From positions 31,434,001-31,498,000 of the forward strand of contig OX597834.1 of the NCBI GenBank assembly GCA_951406725.2: DNA of 64,000 nucleotides, in the 5' to 3' direction. A program made the position numbers and the translations under genes. This stretch comes from Octopus vulgaris. Taxonomy: Eukaryota. The notes under the pieces were generated by a model that did not search any database, was not told where the DNA came from, and saw only the letters and a program-made list of their open reading frames with translations. Positions 41,791 to 56,342 of this stretch are shown in pieces. The first letter of the stretch is position 1. Each line of letters starts with the position of its first letter.

Positions 41791-42163
41791 TAGTCGTCAT
41801 TTCTTTATTCACCGGTAGAATCATCGAAAGAAATGTGAATGTTACGAAACAAAAGAGATGAAACAAAGGATGCCAGCACCCCATCCACCTCCGCTGCCCC
41901 CCACCCCCCCACAACTCCCCCCTACTACACCCCCTACAATGCCCGTCCACCCACACACACAGAGACACACTCACACATACACACACATGCACACACACTC
42001 ACTACCGCTTGCACACAGACAGGCAGAGAAACATCAAGTGCATGTGTGTGTGTTTGCATGTGTGCAAGTGTTTTAGTGTATGAGTATATGTGTGTATGCG
42101 TGTGTGTGTGTCTATGTGTCAGAATGTGTGTCTATGTGTTTCCATGTGTGCAAACGTTTCCGT

Positions 42164-42216
<53 letters not shown>

Positions 42217-42790
42217 CGTGGTTCTGTGTCATACTGTTTATGTGTGTGTAAACATATGTATTAGTCTGTGTGTGCATGTGTGTGTATGTTTATATGTGAG
42301 TGTATGTTTTAGTGTGTGAGTGTGTATGTGTGTTGATGTATGTGTGTTTGGTGTTTTTTTTTTAGTTTTTTAGCGCATGTGTGTGTTTGTGTGTGTGTGT
42401 GTGGTGGGGTTACACGATGGGGAGTAGGGGTTAGAGTTACATTGATTTTTATGGAAATATTTTCTAAAATATCGATTATATTAAAATGCAAATAGATAAA
42501 TAAATAAATAAATGAATAAATAAATAAAATTCCACCCCCTCCACTCCCGTACACGCACACATGCATACACACACATGCATACGCACACATGCATACGCAC
42601 ACATGCATACGCACACATGCATACGCACACATGCATACGCACACACACACACATGCACATAATGCACAGATACAGACACACACGTACACTGGCACAAAAA
42701 AAGGGAAAGGAGTAAAGCGGGACAAAAAAAGGGGACAATTAAATCAATGTGTGTAAACAATAAGAGGACCCTTGGAACCTTGAATGCTCT

Positions 42791-42832
<42 letters not shown>

Positions 42833-43006
42833 ACATGTACATATATATGCATACACATGCACACATACATGCTAACACATACACATATTCAGAAACACAT
42901 CACACACACACACATACACACACACACACATATGCACACAAACACACATACACACACAGATACACACACCTATGCACACACTCATACACACTCACACACA
43001 TTCATA

Positions 43007-43042
<36 letters not shown>

Positions 43043-43153
43043 CTAAATCTCCCTCTCCTACTCGCCTTCTCCCCCTTCTTTCTCATTCTCTGTCACTCTT
43101 TCTCTCTTTCTCTCAATGCCTCCTTCACTCTTTCTTTTGTCTCTTTCTCCCTT

Positions 43154-43197
<44 letters not shown>

Positions 43198-43438
43198 ACT
43201 TTCTCTCTCATATGCATGCAGAACCTAGGAGCCGCAAAACCTGACCCTGGAGCAGGGAGCAGGGAATGAGGAAGGAGTAAGTTGTATCATTTGCATAATC
43301 AAGCACATGGCTACTCTCAGGCTATTCACATCTGACGTAAAATTTTACCTGTGATGAGACGTAAGTTTGTATTCTATTCACATCTATACATATCTATTTC
43401 TGTGTGTCGATGTATCATATATGTATATTGTGTATATA

Positions 43439-43489
<51 letters not shown>

Positions 43490-43522
43490 TTATATATACA
43501 CATACACATGTATATGTATGTG

Positions 43523-43557
<35 letters not shown>

Positions 43558-43688
43558 TGCATATACACTCACAGATATACATACATATATAGAGAGACAT
43601 GATATAGAATATGTGTGTGTGTGTAAATAATACATATCCATAAACAAATATATACATGTACATATATATATATACACACATACATACA

Positions 43689-43720
<32 letters not shown>

Positions 43721-44200
43721 CGTATATATATATGTATATATACGTATATATGGAAAAAATGTCAAGGTAGAAAATGCTAAAATAATTTCATAAAAAACAT
43801 TTCAGTACCGGTTTCGGTCATTCAGACTTTTTCAACTGTAAGTGTGTCTCAACGACCTCCCACCCACAAGAGTAAACAAGAGAGACAGAGACAGGCAGAA
43901 AATTGCCCTGTCTCTACTGTATTATGAGAGACTTAGTGTTGTAGGCTTAGGAGTTGGATAAGCATAAGTCACCTGGGTACAATATCATCATCATCATCAT
44001 CATCATCACCACTTAATATCTATGTTCCTTGTTGGCATGGGTTGGATACTTTGACAGAACCTGATGGAGCCAACAGTTTCACCATGCTCCAGTGTCGCTT
44101 TTAGCATAGTTTCTGTGGTCGGATGCCTTTCCTAATGTCAGCCCCTTTACAAAATTAACTAGGCAGCTTTTACCATGACACCAGTATAATAATAATTACT

Positions 44201-44357
44201 AGTGGCTGTGTGGTAAGTAGCTTGTCTACCAACCACATGGTTCCGGGTTCAGTCCCACTGCGTGGCACCTTGGGCAAGTGTCTTCTACTATAGCCTCGGG
44301 TCGACCAAAGCCTTGTGAGTGGATTAGGTTGACGGAAACTGAAAGAAGCCCGTCGTA

Positions 44358-44390
<33 letters not shown>

Positions 44391-44612
44391 GCGTGTGTGT
44401 GTTTGTGTGTCTGTGTTTGTCCCCTAGCATTGCTTGACAACTGATGCTGGTGTGTTTATGTCCCCGTTACTTAGCAGTTCGGCAAAAGAGACCGATAGAA
44501 TAAGTACCGGGCTTACAAAAGAATAAGTCCCGGGGTCGAGTTGCTCGATTAAAGGCGGTGCTCCAGCATGGCTGCAGTCGAATGACTGAAACATGTAAAA
44601 GAGTAAAAGAAT
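44201..44612 (+). mobile_element. SINE family A, near full length
   Basis: Near-identical to 621-1035. Confidence 0.9.
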
Positions 44613-44723
44613 AACAAAATACCTGAAAACCAGCCAAGATATCACAGTCTTCCAGTACAAACCTGTGTAAAATTGCATATGTATGTATGTATGTAAGTAT
44701 GTATGTATGTATGTATGTATGTA

Positions 44724-44756
<33 letters not shown>

Positions 44757-44848
44757 ATGTATGTAAGTATGTATGTAGAGAGAAGGAGAGAGAGGGAGAG
44801 AGAAAGAGAAAACGATAGAAAGAAAGAAAAAGAGAGAAACATATATGT

Positions 44849-44897
<49 letters not shown>

Positions 44898-45042
44898 GTG
44901 AGTGACTGACAGAGAAACAATTTCATTTGAATGGGAATCTGTGACATTTATGCTTTTCTCCCAATCTCCAAACTTAAACTCCACAACATAAACAATTGAG
45001 GCCGATATCTGCTGTCTGAGGTAATCAAATACAATCACTCAC

Positions 45043-45187
45043 CTATTCGGTCACAATCTCTCGCAATCGTTTTCACACTTGGCCTGGCCTGGCCAGGCTC
45101 ATCCTCGTCTCTCATAAATTTTGGATCCAGGCTTAACCTTTGCTTTTCCAAAAGATTTCCCCGGTTCCCTCTTATTCTTGCTTCCAT
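45043..45187 (-). CDS. Candidate first coding exon, product unknown
   Basis: ATG-initiated 48 codons MEARIRGNRGNLLEKQRLSLDPKFMRDEDEPGQARPSVKTIARDCDRI ending at a strong donor AG|GTGAGT (phase 1) in a unique CpG-retaining island. No homology recognised. Confidence 0.25.
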
Positions 45188-45421
45188 CTTTTGTCTTTGG
45201 CTCTGCCTCGGCAGCAGCTCTTAAATCAACAAGCGCTCCTTTTCAAATTCTTCCTCAGCCTGTGGTCATTACTGTAGAAGCAATGGTGGTGGTGGTGGTG
45301 GTGGTGGTGGTGGCGGCAGCGGCAGCGGCAGTGATAGTGGTGATGATGGTGGTGCCTGTGGTGGTGGTGGTGATGGCAGTGGTAGTACTGGAGGGGATGG
45401 TGGTAGTGGTGGTGATGATGG

Positions 45422-45455
<34 letters not shown>

Positions 45456-46349
45456 GGTGGTGGTGGTGCGAAAGGTGATGGTGCTGGTGGTGAAGATGAT
45501 GATGGTGGTGTTGGTATTGGTAGAGGTGATGGCAATGGTGATGATACTGGTGGAGGTGTCCTGGGAGGGTATACGTGTATGGGGGAAGGTGTGCCCGTGG
45601 GGTAGGGTAGAGGCTTAGTGGTGGTGAATCTTTTCATTTGCAAACTGTCAGATGCTAATTAATGGGATGTGTTTAATGATAGGGAGCTCAGAAATATCTT
45701 GCTGCCCACAATGGGCCCCAAAAGGTTAATGAATTGGGATCCTTCTGTCTGTCTGTTTCTCTCTCTCTCTCTCTCTCTCTCTGTTTCATTTCACTCACTT
45801 CTTCAGGAGTGGGGAAATCTTGTGCTGTCTGGAAAGATTTAGAAAACCATCACCATCACCACCACCTCCTCTTCCTCTTCTCCTTATACTCTTCTTTCTC
45901 CTCCTTTTCTTTTCCTCTTCCTCCCTCCCTCTTCCTGGTCGTTTAACTGTCACACTCACTTAATACTCTGACCACTACTACTAGACAGAAGGACAGAAAG
46001 AGAAAGAGGCAGAGAGAGAGAGAGAGAGAAAGGGGGAGAGAGAGAGACATGATAATTTATTAAGGGAACATGATTGACATATAAACACTTTCCCTTTCTT
46101 CGTACACATAAATAGATATATACCCACATATAAACAGAGAGAAGAAAATAAAGAGGGAGAAAGTAAAAGAGAGAGGGAGAGAGAGGCGGGGAGAAACAAA
46201 AAGAGAGAGAAGAACAGAGAGAAGGAGAGCAAGGTGAGAGAGAGAGAGAGAGAGAAAAAGAGAGATGCTACGTTTTATTAACTGAACACGATTGACATAA
46301 ATACTTTCCCTCTCCTCATTCACATAACGAGAAATATACTCATACACAC

Positions 46350-46410
<61 letters not shown>

Positions 46411-46435
46411 GAAGGGAGAATGAGAGAAACATTAA

Positions 46436-47017
46436 CCCTTTAGTGTCCATATTACTCTGTCAAATGTAATGTCTATTTATTCATGATGTTCTGAATGAAT
46501 CATATTATCTCTTGGCTGTGAAATTTTGATGAAGTGGTTATTTTTAGAATGACATTGGAGGTTAGGTGTGAGAGACTGGATCTGGTCATTCTGAACATAA
46601 AACGGGTAGAATATTTGGGCCAGGTAGGGTGAGGGTAAAAATCCCCTTCAGTCATGAATGACCATGGGATTGCACCTAGAAAGTTCCCCTTCGAGGCACA
46701 AGTCCGCACAAGGTTGTTTATGGAAGACCAGCAGTTGCCCATGCGTACCAGCCTCCTTTCTTCGTGTCACCAATGTTATCAAAGGGAAAGGAAAAGGGGC
46801 TGATACAGCTTGGCACCAGTGATGTCGCAACTCATTTCTACAGCTGTGTGCACTGGAACAACATGAAATAGTGTCTTGCTCAAGAACACAACACGCAGCC
46901 TGGTCTGGGAATCGAACTCACTACCTCAATATCATGAGCCAATGCTCTAACCACTGAGCCATGTACCTTCACCTTCAACTAGATATGGCTGGTTTGGGTG
47001 GTTTAAATGTTAATGGG
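46436..47017. mobile_element. piggyBac-type MITE interrupted by a minus-strand SINE (~46624-46980)
   Basis: TTAA|ccctttag ... taatggg|TTAA; inverse relative of the 57935-58790 units. Confidence 0.7.
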
Positions 47018-47083
47018 TTAAAATGAGCGGGATACTAAAACATTTGATGTTAAATTAGTTAGTATCAAGTCAGTGACACTAAA

Positions 47084-47153
47084 ACAGGTGTGTTGATACA
47101 GGTGTGCTAAGACAGGTGTCCCAAGACAAGTGGGCCAAGACAGGTGTGCCAAA
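47084..47153. repeat. 14-bp tandem repeat x5 carrying ACAGGTG E-boxes
   Basis: acaggtg at 47084, 47098, 47112 and 47140; acaagtg at 47126. Confidence 0.85.
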
Positions 47154-47746
47154 ATATTTCAAACCTGTTAGTGTTACTATGGTTGAATAGAGTTTGCCAA
47201 CAGGACTAGAATGTCCGCCAAACCTCTTGCACTCAAGAACACATCAATGAAGTTCAAAAACTGCATCTTTATTGCCACCCTTGCATGAAGAGGGTGTTGA
47301 TGATGGTGGTGAGGGTGATGGGGTGGTGGCCGTCATGAAGGTAGTGGTGGTGTTGGTGGTGGTGATGGTTCCCTATTGATTTATATTCACAGTTTTTCAA
47401 AGAAGTTCTTTAAAGTTTTTCTCCAATTCTTTGTTCTTAATCTTTCTTGTTGATTAATTTCTTCTTTAACGATCAAGATAGAACCTCGATACAAGATGAA
47501 GTTTTTATTTTGCATCTCTGTATGTATTTTTGTTTTTGTTTCCAAAAATTAATCTAGGATCAAACAAAGGATACAGGTTTGAGTTCTTTGGATACACATA
47601 CATACACACACACATACATATACATACATATTATACATATTATATATGTGCATGTGTGTGTGTATGCATATAGATACATACACACATATATATGTGTGTG
47701 TGTGTATATATATATATACATATATATACACACACACACACACACC

Positions 47747-47795
<49 letters not shown>

Positions 47796-48149
47796 AAATT
47801 TTAGCCATATATATATATACATATATATATGGTGTAATTATAAACAGGGCAAATTTTAGGCATTTCTCCCTTAAATATAAGGATAGCCTCACTCTCTAGG
47901 ATGTTTGGAAAACTTATATGTGTTTTAGCTGATGAATACGGGACATTTGTATTTGCTGCAATATTTGCAGCTTTAAATAAAATTGTTCTTAGTATGAAAC
48001 AATTGTTAACTGAACCACTAATCCATTCTTGTTGCTGTTTTCTTGGTTATAATCACCCCACATTATTTTATGGTTAATACCATAAAGAATTCTGGTACCA
48101 CATTCATTTGAATTCATTGGAATTCACTTGAATCTTAATTGTTTTACTG

Positions 48150-48212
<63 letters not shown>

Positions 48213-48302
48213 TTTTACTCTTTTACTTGTTTCATTCATTTGACTGTCACCATGCTGGAGTACACGCACACACATTTATTTATATCATATATGCATAAAC
48301 AG

Positions 48303-48532
48303 GGTCGCGAGCTGGCAGAATCGTTAGCACACCAGGCGAAATACTTAGCAGCATTTCGTCTGCCTTTACGTTCTGAGTTCAAATTCCGCCAAGGTCGACT
48401 TTGCTTTTCATCCTTTTGGGCTCGATTAAATAAATACCAGTTGTACACTGGGGCCGATGTAATCAACTTAATCTTACTCTGTCCTTGTCTGTCCCCTCTG
48501 CGTTTGGCCCCCTGTGGGCAATAAAGAAATAA
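48303..48532 (+). mobile_element. Family B SINE variant
   Basis: gagctggcagaatcgttagcac...gtcgactttgc...cccctgtgggcaataaagaaat. Confidence 0.85.
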
Positions 48533-50056
48533 TTATATATGCATAAATACATATGTATATATGCATATATGCATATATATATATATATATGTGTGTGTAC
48601 ATACACACACACTCACGCACACACACTTAAATACATGCAATTCTTCTCTGCTCACTTATATAGATCAAACTAATGAGATTGGTCAATGGAATTTCTTATC
48701 TCCGAGGCCCAGTTTTACTCTTTACATGCATCTGCTTTTTCTTACGCTCCAGTTTCTCACCAGCACCCACCGCCCATACCCGTACCATCATCCTGCCTTC
48801 GCAACTCCCCCTCTCTCTCTAAATCCACTACCTCCCCTTCACTCTTCCCCCCCCCCCCGGCTTCCCTCCATTCATTTCATCACATGCACCAACCCTCCTC
48901 CCTCACTCCATTTCACTCGCTGTGCACCAAACCCCTCCTCCACCTCCTCCCCTTCTCTCTATTCATATTTTCACGTTTAGACAATAGGCTTCAGCCTTCC
49001 TTGTTATATATTTCACCACCCCAACCCTCCCTACCATATTTTCTTCTTCTTTTTCTTTCTCCTCTTCTTCTCTTTCTTCTTCCTTAGCCCTGTGGGATTC
49101 AGTTTGAAATATCTGTGTTTCTTCTTCTTCTGCCTGCTGGCTTATGTGCCAGCTGGCTGGCTGGCTGGATGGGTGGAAGGATGGTTGGCTGGCTGGCTGG
49201 CTTGTTGGTTGGCTGGCTAGCTTCTCCCCACCCGTCCCCACTCGCCACTTTCTCTTATGTGTGCTTATGTGTTTTATTGCTTGTGGGGGTGAATAAGTGA
49301 ATATTATGCGTATTTTGATTTCAGCAATCGTGTGTACATTTCTATATATATCTATATCTAAATTAGGCACAGGCATTGGCTGTGTGGTAAGAAGCTTGCT
49401 TCCCAACCACATGGTTCTGGGTTCAGTCCCACTGTGTGGCACTTTGGACAAGTGTCTTCTGCTATAGCCTTGGGTTGACCAAAGCCTTGTGAGTGGATTT
49501 GGTAGATATAAACTGAAAGAAGCCTATTGTATATATATATATATATATATATATAAAGTTAATCCAAACAAGAAAACAAAAAAGACAACAACGCAAAGAG
49601 GTGGAACAATTGAAGTATTATTAGGCGCTCAGGAAAAAAGGGAAATATATATATATTGGGTCGTCTCATAAATAATGCAGTTTTTTTAATTATAAGTCGG
49701 AGGGGGACAGGATAAACTACCTGCATCAACTTTCAAGAAAAGCAGGTAGTAAAGTTTTGAAGCGTGCTGTGTGGTTTAGTAGCTTGCTTCCCAACCATGT
49801 GGTCTTGGGTTCAGTTCTACTGCATGGCACCTTGGACAAGTGTCTTCTACTATAGTCCTAGGTTTGATAGACAGAAACTGAAAGAAGTGTATTGTATTTT
49901 CATATATATATGTGCGTGCATGTATATAGTGTGTATCTGTGTGTATGTATGTATGTGTGCATGCATGCATGTATGTAATGTGTGTGTGTGCATGTGTGTG
50001 TCCCTGCTTGTTTAGACATTACATGATGGTTGTAAACAAACTTCGCCATAATCATG

Positions 50057-50690
50057 GCGTGCCAACACAGCACACGGAGTTCTGCTTTTGATTCGACGGT
50101 CATTTGGAATGCTCACAGCAGCCATATTCCTACCACCATATGTCACGCTGGTGAGACCCATATTGGAGTACAGGATTCAAGCCTCTTCTTCTTATCTCCT
50201 CAAAGACATACATCATCTCGAAAGAGTCCAGAAGCTGGCTACCCACATGGTTCTTGGTCTCAAGCATTTGTCTTATGAAAAAAGGCTGAAGACGCTCGAT
50301 CTTTATTCTCTAGAAAAACGACAACGCCGTGCTGATCTCATTCTCGCTCACAACATCATAAGCGGAAAGTGTAACCTCTCGAAAGAGCTGTTCTTCACTC
50401 CTGCTCCAAAGCGTCAGCTGTGGGGTCACTCCGAAAAGCTCTATCTGTGACGATTTCATCTCAATCGAAGGAGAGGGGCTTTCCTCGTCCGGGTTGTGGA
50501 TCCGTGGAATAAGCTGCCGGATGAGATAGTGAAGATGCCGACGACCAATTGGTTCAAAGACTCTCTTGACCAGAAATGGCCTGAACTCTTTGCATGAACA
50601 CCCTCCCTGTACATAACTCCATGTCCCCCTACATGGCCTTGCTTTTGCTTTTTGAGCCAAAAAATTTACTTAACTTAACTTAACTAACTT
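50057..50690 (+). pseudogene. 5'-truncated CR1-clade LINE (ORF2 C-terminus and 3' UTR) inserted in a SINE
   Basis: YVTLVRPILEY...LERVQKLAT...LSYEKRLKTLDLYSLEKRQRRADLI...WNKLP; (TTAAC)n tail; probable TSD atcatg. Confidence 0.9.
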
Positions 50691-50880
50691 ATCATGCAAA
50701 TGATGTTGGTTGTTTTTAATCTCCCATGGAAACCATATCAGGGGAGATGTTACCTTGCTTGAAAGTAATGGGGGTTGGTGACAGGAAGGTCATCCAGCTG
50801 TAGGAAAGTTACATCAACAAATTCTGTTTGGCCTGTCTAAGCATGGGACATTAAATTACGACAATAATTTGTGTGTGTGT

Positions 50881-50954
<74 letters not shown>

Positions 50955-51263
50955 TTTCTATCTGTTGTCTTTTACTTGCTGCAATCATTAGACGGTGGCC
51001 ATGCTGGAGCACCACCTCGAATTTTAGTCAAAGGAATTGATCTCAGTGTTTATTTTCTTTTTTTTAAAACCTGGTACTTATTCTATCAGTCTCCTTTGCC
51101 AAACTACTATGTTACAGGGATGTGAACACACCATCACCAGTTGCGAAGCAGTGGAGAAAAACACGGATGGACACACACACACACACACACACACTGTCTG
51201 TCTGTCTATTTCTCTCCCTCTGTCTATTTCTCTCCCTCTGTCTCTTTCTCTCTCTCTCTCTCT

Positions 51264-51432
<169 letters not shown>

Positions 51433-51984
51433 TTATATATATGTTGAGGGACAAGCACAAAAACATGTACATATAGACACACACACACACACATACATGT
51501 ACATACACACACACACACACATGTGCACGCATGTGGATATAAATGTATTATTCATTTTGTTACAGAGATGCTCGCATGTATATATTTATACATCAACTTT
51601 GAACTTTCAGTTGTTAAATGTATTTCTATCAAAGGGAGTTCACTCTAATTGAATTATTCCCTTTTTTCCTAACGTGCACTTTGAACAGAAAAGTGAATTA
51701 GAAGCATAAACTAGTAAATACATACCATAATGAAAGTAAACCAAATGTTTGTTTAATAGGGACTTTTCTGTCTCCCCTATTGTGATATCTCTACTGAACT
51801 TATCGATTTGTTAAGGGATTGTGGGCAAATTGGTTCTTTGTTTCTCTTACTTAAATGTAGAATGCAATTTTTAAGAGAAAATGAAAAAATAGTAAATAAA
51901 AACATGGAAGAAATTAAATAAATATGTAAACAAAAATGGAATAACAGAGAATATATGTGTTCAAAGTATTGGGATTATATGTTA

Positions 51985-52423
51985 CTAGCAGCATAGCCCG
52001 GCGTTGCCCGGGTATGTAAGAGCCCCTAGTAGGCAACAACTAATCCCAATCTAGTCCTTCCCCCTAGGGAATGAAGGTGCATGTGTAGGTTGCAATGTCT
52101 TCTCTTCACTCGAATACTTCTGTGTATACGATTTTCCTAGCTGTCGCTTTGGGCGATAAAAAGGTCGAGTTGTGTCCCCTAGACAGAAAATGTGTTGCAT
52201 ATAAAAAGCTTAGATTCTCAACCCCATGTCGAATTTATCGATTTCTTTCAGAACTGGGTGAACTTTTCAAAATTTTCGGTGCGTTAGTTTTGAATTATGA
52301 CATTGGGCTATGTGTGTGTCAAGTTTCATCAGAATCGGTTGAAAGCCGTGGTCAGGGTGAGGGTACAACCTGACAGACACACAGACACACAGACAGACAA
52401 ACTGCCGTTTATATATAGAGAGA
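51985..52423 (-). mobile_element. Non-autonomous Helitron (Lep1-like architecture)
   Basis: Minus strand starts TC, has a (CTGT)n tract and ccgattctgatgaaactt, and ends with the GC hairpin cccgggcaacgccggg plus CTAG. Inserted between A and T with no TSD. Confidence 0.85.
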
Positions 52424-53400
52424 TTTCTGTTGGGATATATTGTAGATTATCCTATTTTTGTTTTTTTAGTAGGTTCCTTCGCCTGAGGGGGCATGAAGAC
52501 ATTAATTCTGTGAGGCAATTTAATAATTTGGTATTTTCTTATTTTGTAAAGATCAATAGCTTTTCCATAAATATGAAAATGAAAAATGAAATGTCATCAA
52601 GAGTGTTTACAGAATCGGGATTATGTTATTTCTGTTGGGATCTTTCGAATCTTTTTAGTAGGCATTTTCATGCGTGCGAGTATGAAGAAATGAATTTTTT
52701 TGGTTCAAGATTGACAGCTTTTCCATAAATATGAAAATGAAAATGAAATGTCAGTGTTTATGGTTTGGGGGGTCAGGTGTTATTTCTATTGGGATGCATC
52801 TATGTTTTTTGTTGGGTTTTTTTTTTCCTTTTGGTAGGTATCTTCACATGTGGGAATATGAAGAAATTAATTCTGCAAGGCAATTTAATAATTTGGCAAG
52901 ATATTTTTGTTGAAGAGTGATAACTACCCCTTAGTGCAAAGATTACAAAATTTTGATTGCATGCTAACAATGTACAGTTTGTTCCACTGAAAACAGGTAC
53001 CATGAATTGATATTTTTTGTCCTATGAGGTACTATGGGAGGACTTTGCCTTTCATCCTTTCGGGGTCGATAAATTAAGTACCAGTTACGCACTGGGGTTG
53101 ATGTAATCGACTTAATCCATGTGTCTGTCCTTCTTTGTCCCCTCTGTGTTTAGCCCCTTGTGGGTAGTAAAGAAATAGGTACTATGGGAGGTAGAGTTTG
53201 TCCTTGTAGGAATAGGTACCATGAATTGGTATTGTTTGCTTGAGTTGTGAACAGTATTATGTGAGGTACAGTTTGTCCTACCAATAAATAAGTACCATGA
53301 GTTGGTTCTGTATACTCTACTTGTAGATAGGTATTATGAGAGGTACAGTTTGTACATAAGAGTAAACAGGGACCCATGAACAGGTACCATGTGTCAGCAT
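52424..53400. repeat. Diverged tandem repeats (~175-190-bp units, then ~65-bp gtacagtttgt/aggtaccatga units)
   Basis: agctttttccataaatatgaaaatgaaaa x2; gtacagtttgt and ggtaccatga repeated. Confidence 0.7.
53042..53176 (+). mobile_element. 5'-truncated family B SINE with 15-bp TSD
   Basis: TSD aggtactatgggagg at 53027-53041 and 53177-53191. Confidence 0.9.
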
Positions 53401-55460
53401 CAGTCACTTTTACATAACAGACACGGGTTTCATCAGCTGCAAACGGGCTGAGCTGAACTCCAGCTCAATCCCCCAAAAGGGGTTTACCGGGGAAAAGACA
53501 GATCCAGCTCTTACCTACCAATAACTTCCACCCCAAAGCACCAAACGCCCCCCACTTCACTCCACCCATTTCTCCCGTTCCTCACTGAACTGAACTGAAT
53601 GCAGCTAATCACCCCCATTGATGCGACACGACATGAAAGATAAACAAAATATTGAGGTGATTCAACTAGCGATGATGTTATGATGCTCTCTAATGAGGCT
53701 GCATTGAGTGAGGAGCTGGCAACCCTTTCATCTGTCTTGTGTCTCTTCATTTAGTGACCGTTTCCTTCTTAATTTAGTTGTGTGTGCTCCCATTTTGTTC
53801 TCTCTTTTTTTTCTCTCTCTCTTTTCTGCATAAGGCGCTAATTTGTAATTTGAGACTTCCTCGATCATACGGAGTTTTCATTTTCATATTTTGGTATTTT
53901 TATGGTTTTTTTTTTTCTTTAATTTTCATTTAATGTGAGATTTCATGAAGAATAAAATCATTGGTTGCAGTTTTCCCATTGGACCAGCTATGGGTTCGTT
54001 GCATCCTGTGATGGTGAGAATGATAAGGGAGTGTCTAGGAAACTCGGGCAGAACAAATGTTACATGGTATTTTAATACCAAGGTCTTTCAGTTTGAATCA
54101 AAACCACCGATGCTGAGATTTTGTTGCCAGTTTTTTTTGTTTTTTCTTTACATTATTTGCCATTGTATAATGTAGAAAACTGTACAAATTGACAATATGG
54201 GCACACACACACACACACACACCTAAATACACATATATATATGTATGTAGAGACAGAGACACGTATCTGCACACATATATACATATATACATACACAAAT
54301 ATACATGTATAGACATGTGCACGTTCATGCCTATACTCACATACATACACAGATGCATGCATGCACATATATATATATACATGCACATACATGTATACAC
54401 ATGCACACATATAATGGCGGTGCTCCAGAATGGCTACTTTTCACTTGCTGGAACTGGTAAAAGCATACATGTGTACTCATACATTTATATTTGCATGTGT
54501 GTGTGTGGGGGGGAGTGTCCTTGTCTTAACATCACATGATAGTTGTAAACAAGTTTCACTGTCATGCAAGCAGTGTCTTTCACTTCCAATCTTCCATGAA
54601 AACGTGTCCAGTCACAGAGGGAGACACTTCCTTGTTGGCGGGAAACAAGTGGGATTTGGCAAGCAAAAAGGGAAGATAGCCATAGTAAATCTGTCTTGGC
54701 GAGTCCCGAATGATTCATGCCAGCCTGGAAAAGAGGATGTTGGAAATGACACCGACAGTGACGATGATGATGATGATGATGATGATGAGGATGAGGATGA
54801 TGGTGATGATGATGATGATGAGGATGATGATGAGGATGATGATGGTGATAATGGTGACAATGGTGATGATAATGAGTGACGATAATAACAATGATGACAG
54901 TGATGACAGCAAAAGCGATGACAATAATAATGGTGATGATGGCGGTGACGATGACATTGATGATGATGATGATGGTGATGATGACGATGATGATGATGAA
55001 GAATGGTGATGATAATGATAGTGACGATAATAACAGTGATGACAGTGATGATGAAAACAATGACAACAAGGCTGATGACATAGGATAAGGAATGTGGCAT
55101 GGGGAAAGATCCAATTTATGGTAATAATAATAATAATTTAACCTTAAACTAAATGATGGTGGATGAAAGTTTTATGGAATGGTAGAATATCAAGTTCATG
55201 TCAAGACTGACAGGCAGTGGTGGTGGTGTTGGTGGTGTTGTTGTTGTTGGTGGTGGTGGTAGTGTTGGTGGTGGTGGTGGTGGTGTTGGTGGTGGTGGTG
55301 TTGGTGGTGTTGTTGTTGTTGTTGTTGGTGGTGGTGTAGTAGTAGTGGTAGTAGTGGTCATGGTGGCAGTGGGGCAAGGGTTTTCCCCGTTTGTGTGTGT
55401 CTGTGTCCTATTCACTTACAGACATGCACATGTGCAACGGAAGACAAATACTCACACATG

Positions 55461-55522
<62 letters not shown>

Positions 55523-56278
55523 TATATACACACACACATACACACACATATGCATATACACATACACATGAATAGAGATGCAACACTTGTATGTATGTGT
55601 GCAGAGATATATCCATACACCTACACGCACACATGCATGCACAAAGATACAAACCATTGATTACATAGTCATACACATATACATGTACATGTGTGTATAG
55701 ACACGTTACACATACACACAAATATACAGACACGTGCATAGAATCATACACATATACAGATACATGCATAGAGACACATCCATGCATGTACTTGTGCACA
55801 AAGAGACTCACCTATACACACACATACACATGCATGCACAGATACACACACACACATGCACAGGCGTGTCTATACATGCACATATGTACCAGACATACCT
55901 ATACATGCACACATATGCATGTGTATGCACACATATTCATACACATGCAAAAAGAGAAATATATATATATGTAATACACACATGCATGGGAGAAGTCAAC
56001 TTCTGGGTGAATAAGACCACTTCCTAAATTCCATTAAGTCCATGCAAACATTCCAAGAGTTGATGAAGTTCCTGTGCAGGAATTTATTCTGAATGGATAA
56101 AGTGTTGCACAGCACTGAATCCACTTGTCAGTGCCAATCAGCTGCAAAACCAGCGGCACAGTAGAGGTTGAGACAACGAACAGTACTTCAGTTTTTTTTA
56201 TACAAATTTACCTCCTCCAAGAATATGCGCATGTCTGTATAATTTATATATGTGTGTGTGTGCATGTGTATGTGTATA

Positions 56279-56342
<64 letters not shown>

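Noticed and set aside
53511-53750. 79-aa minus-strand ORF as a standalone gene
   Set aside because: No recognisable homology; kept only as a weak alternative-first-exon idea.
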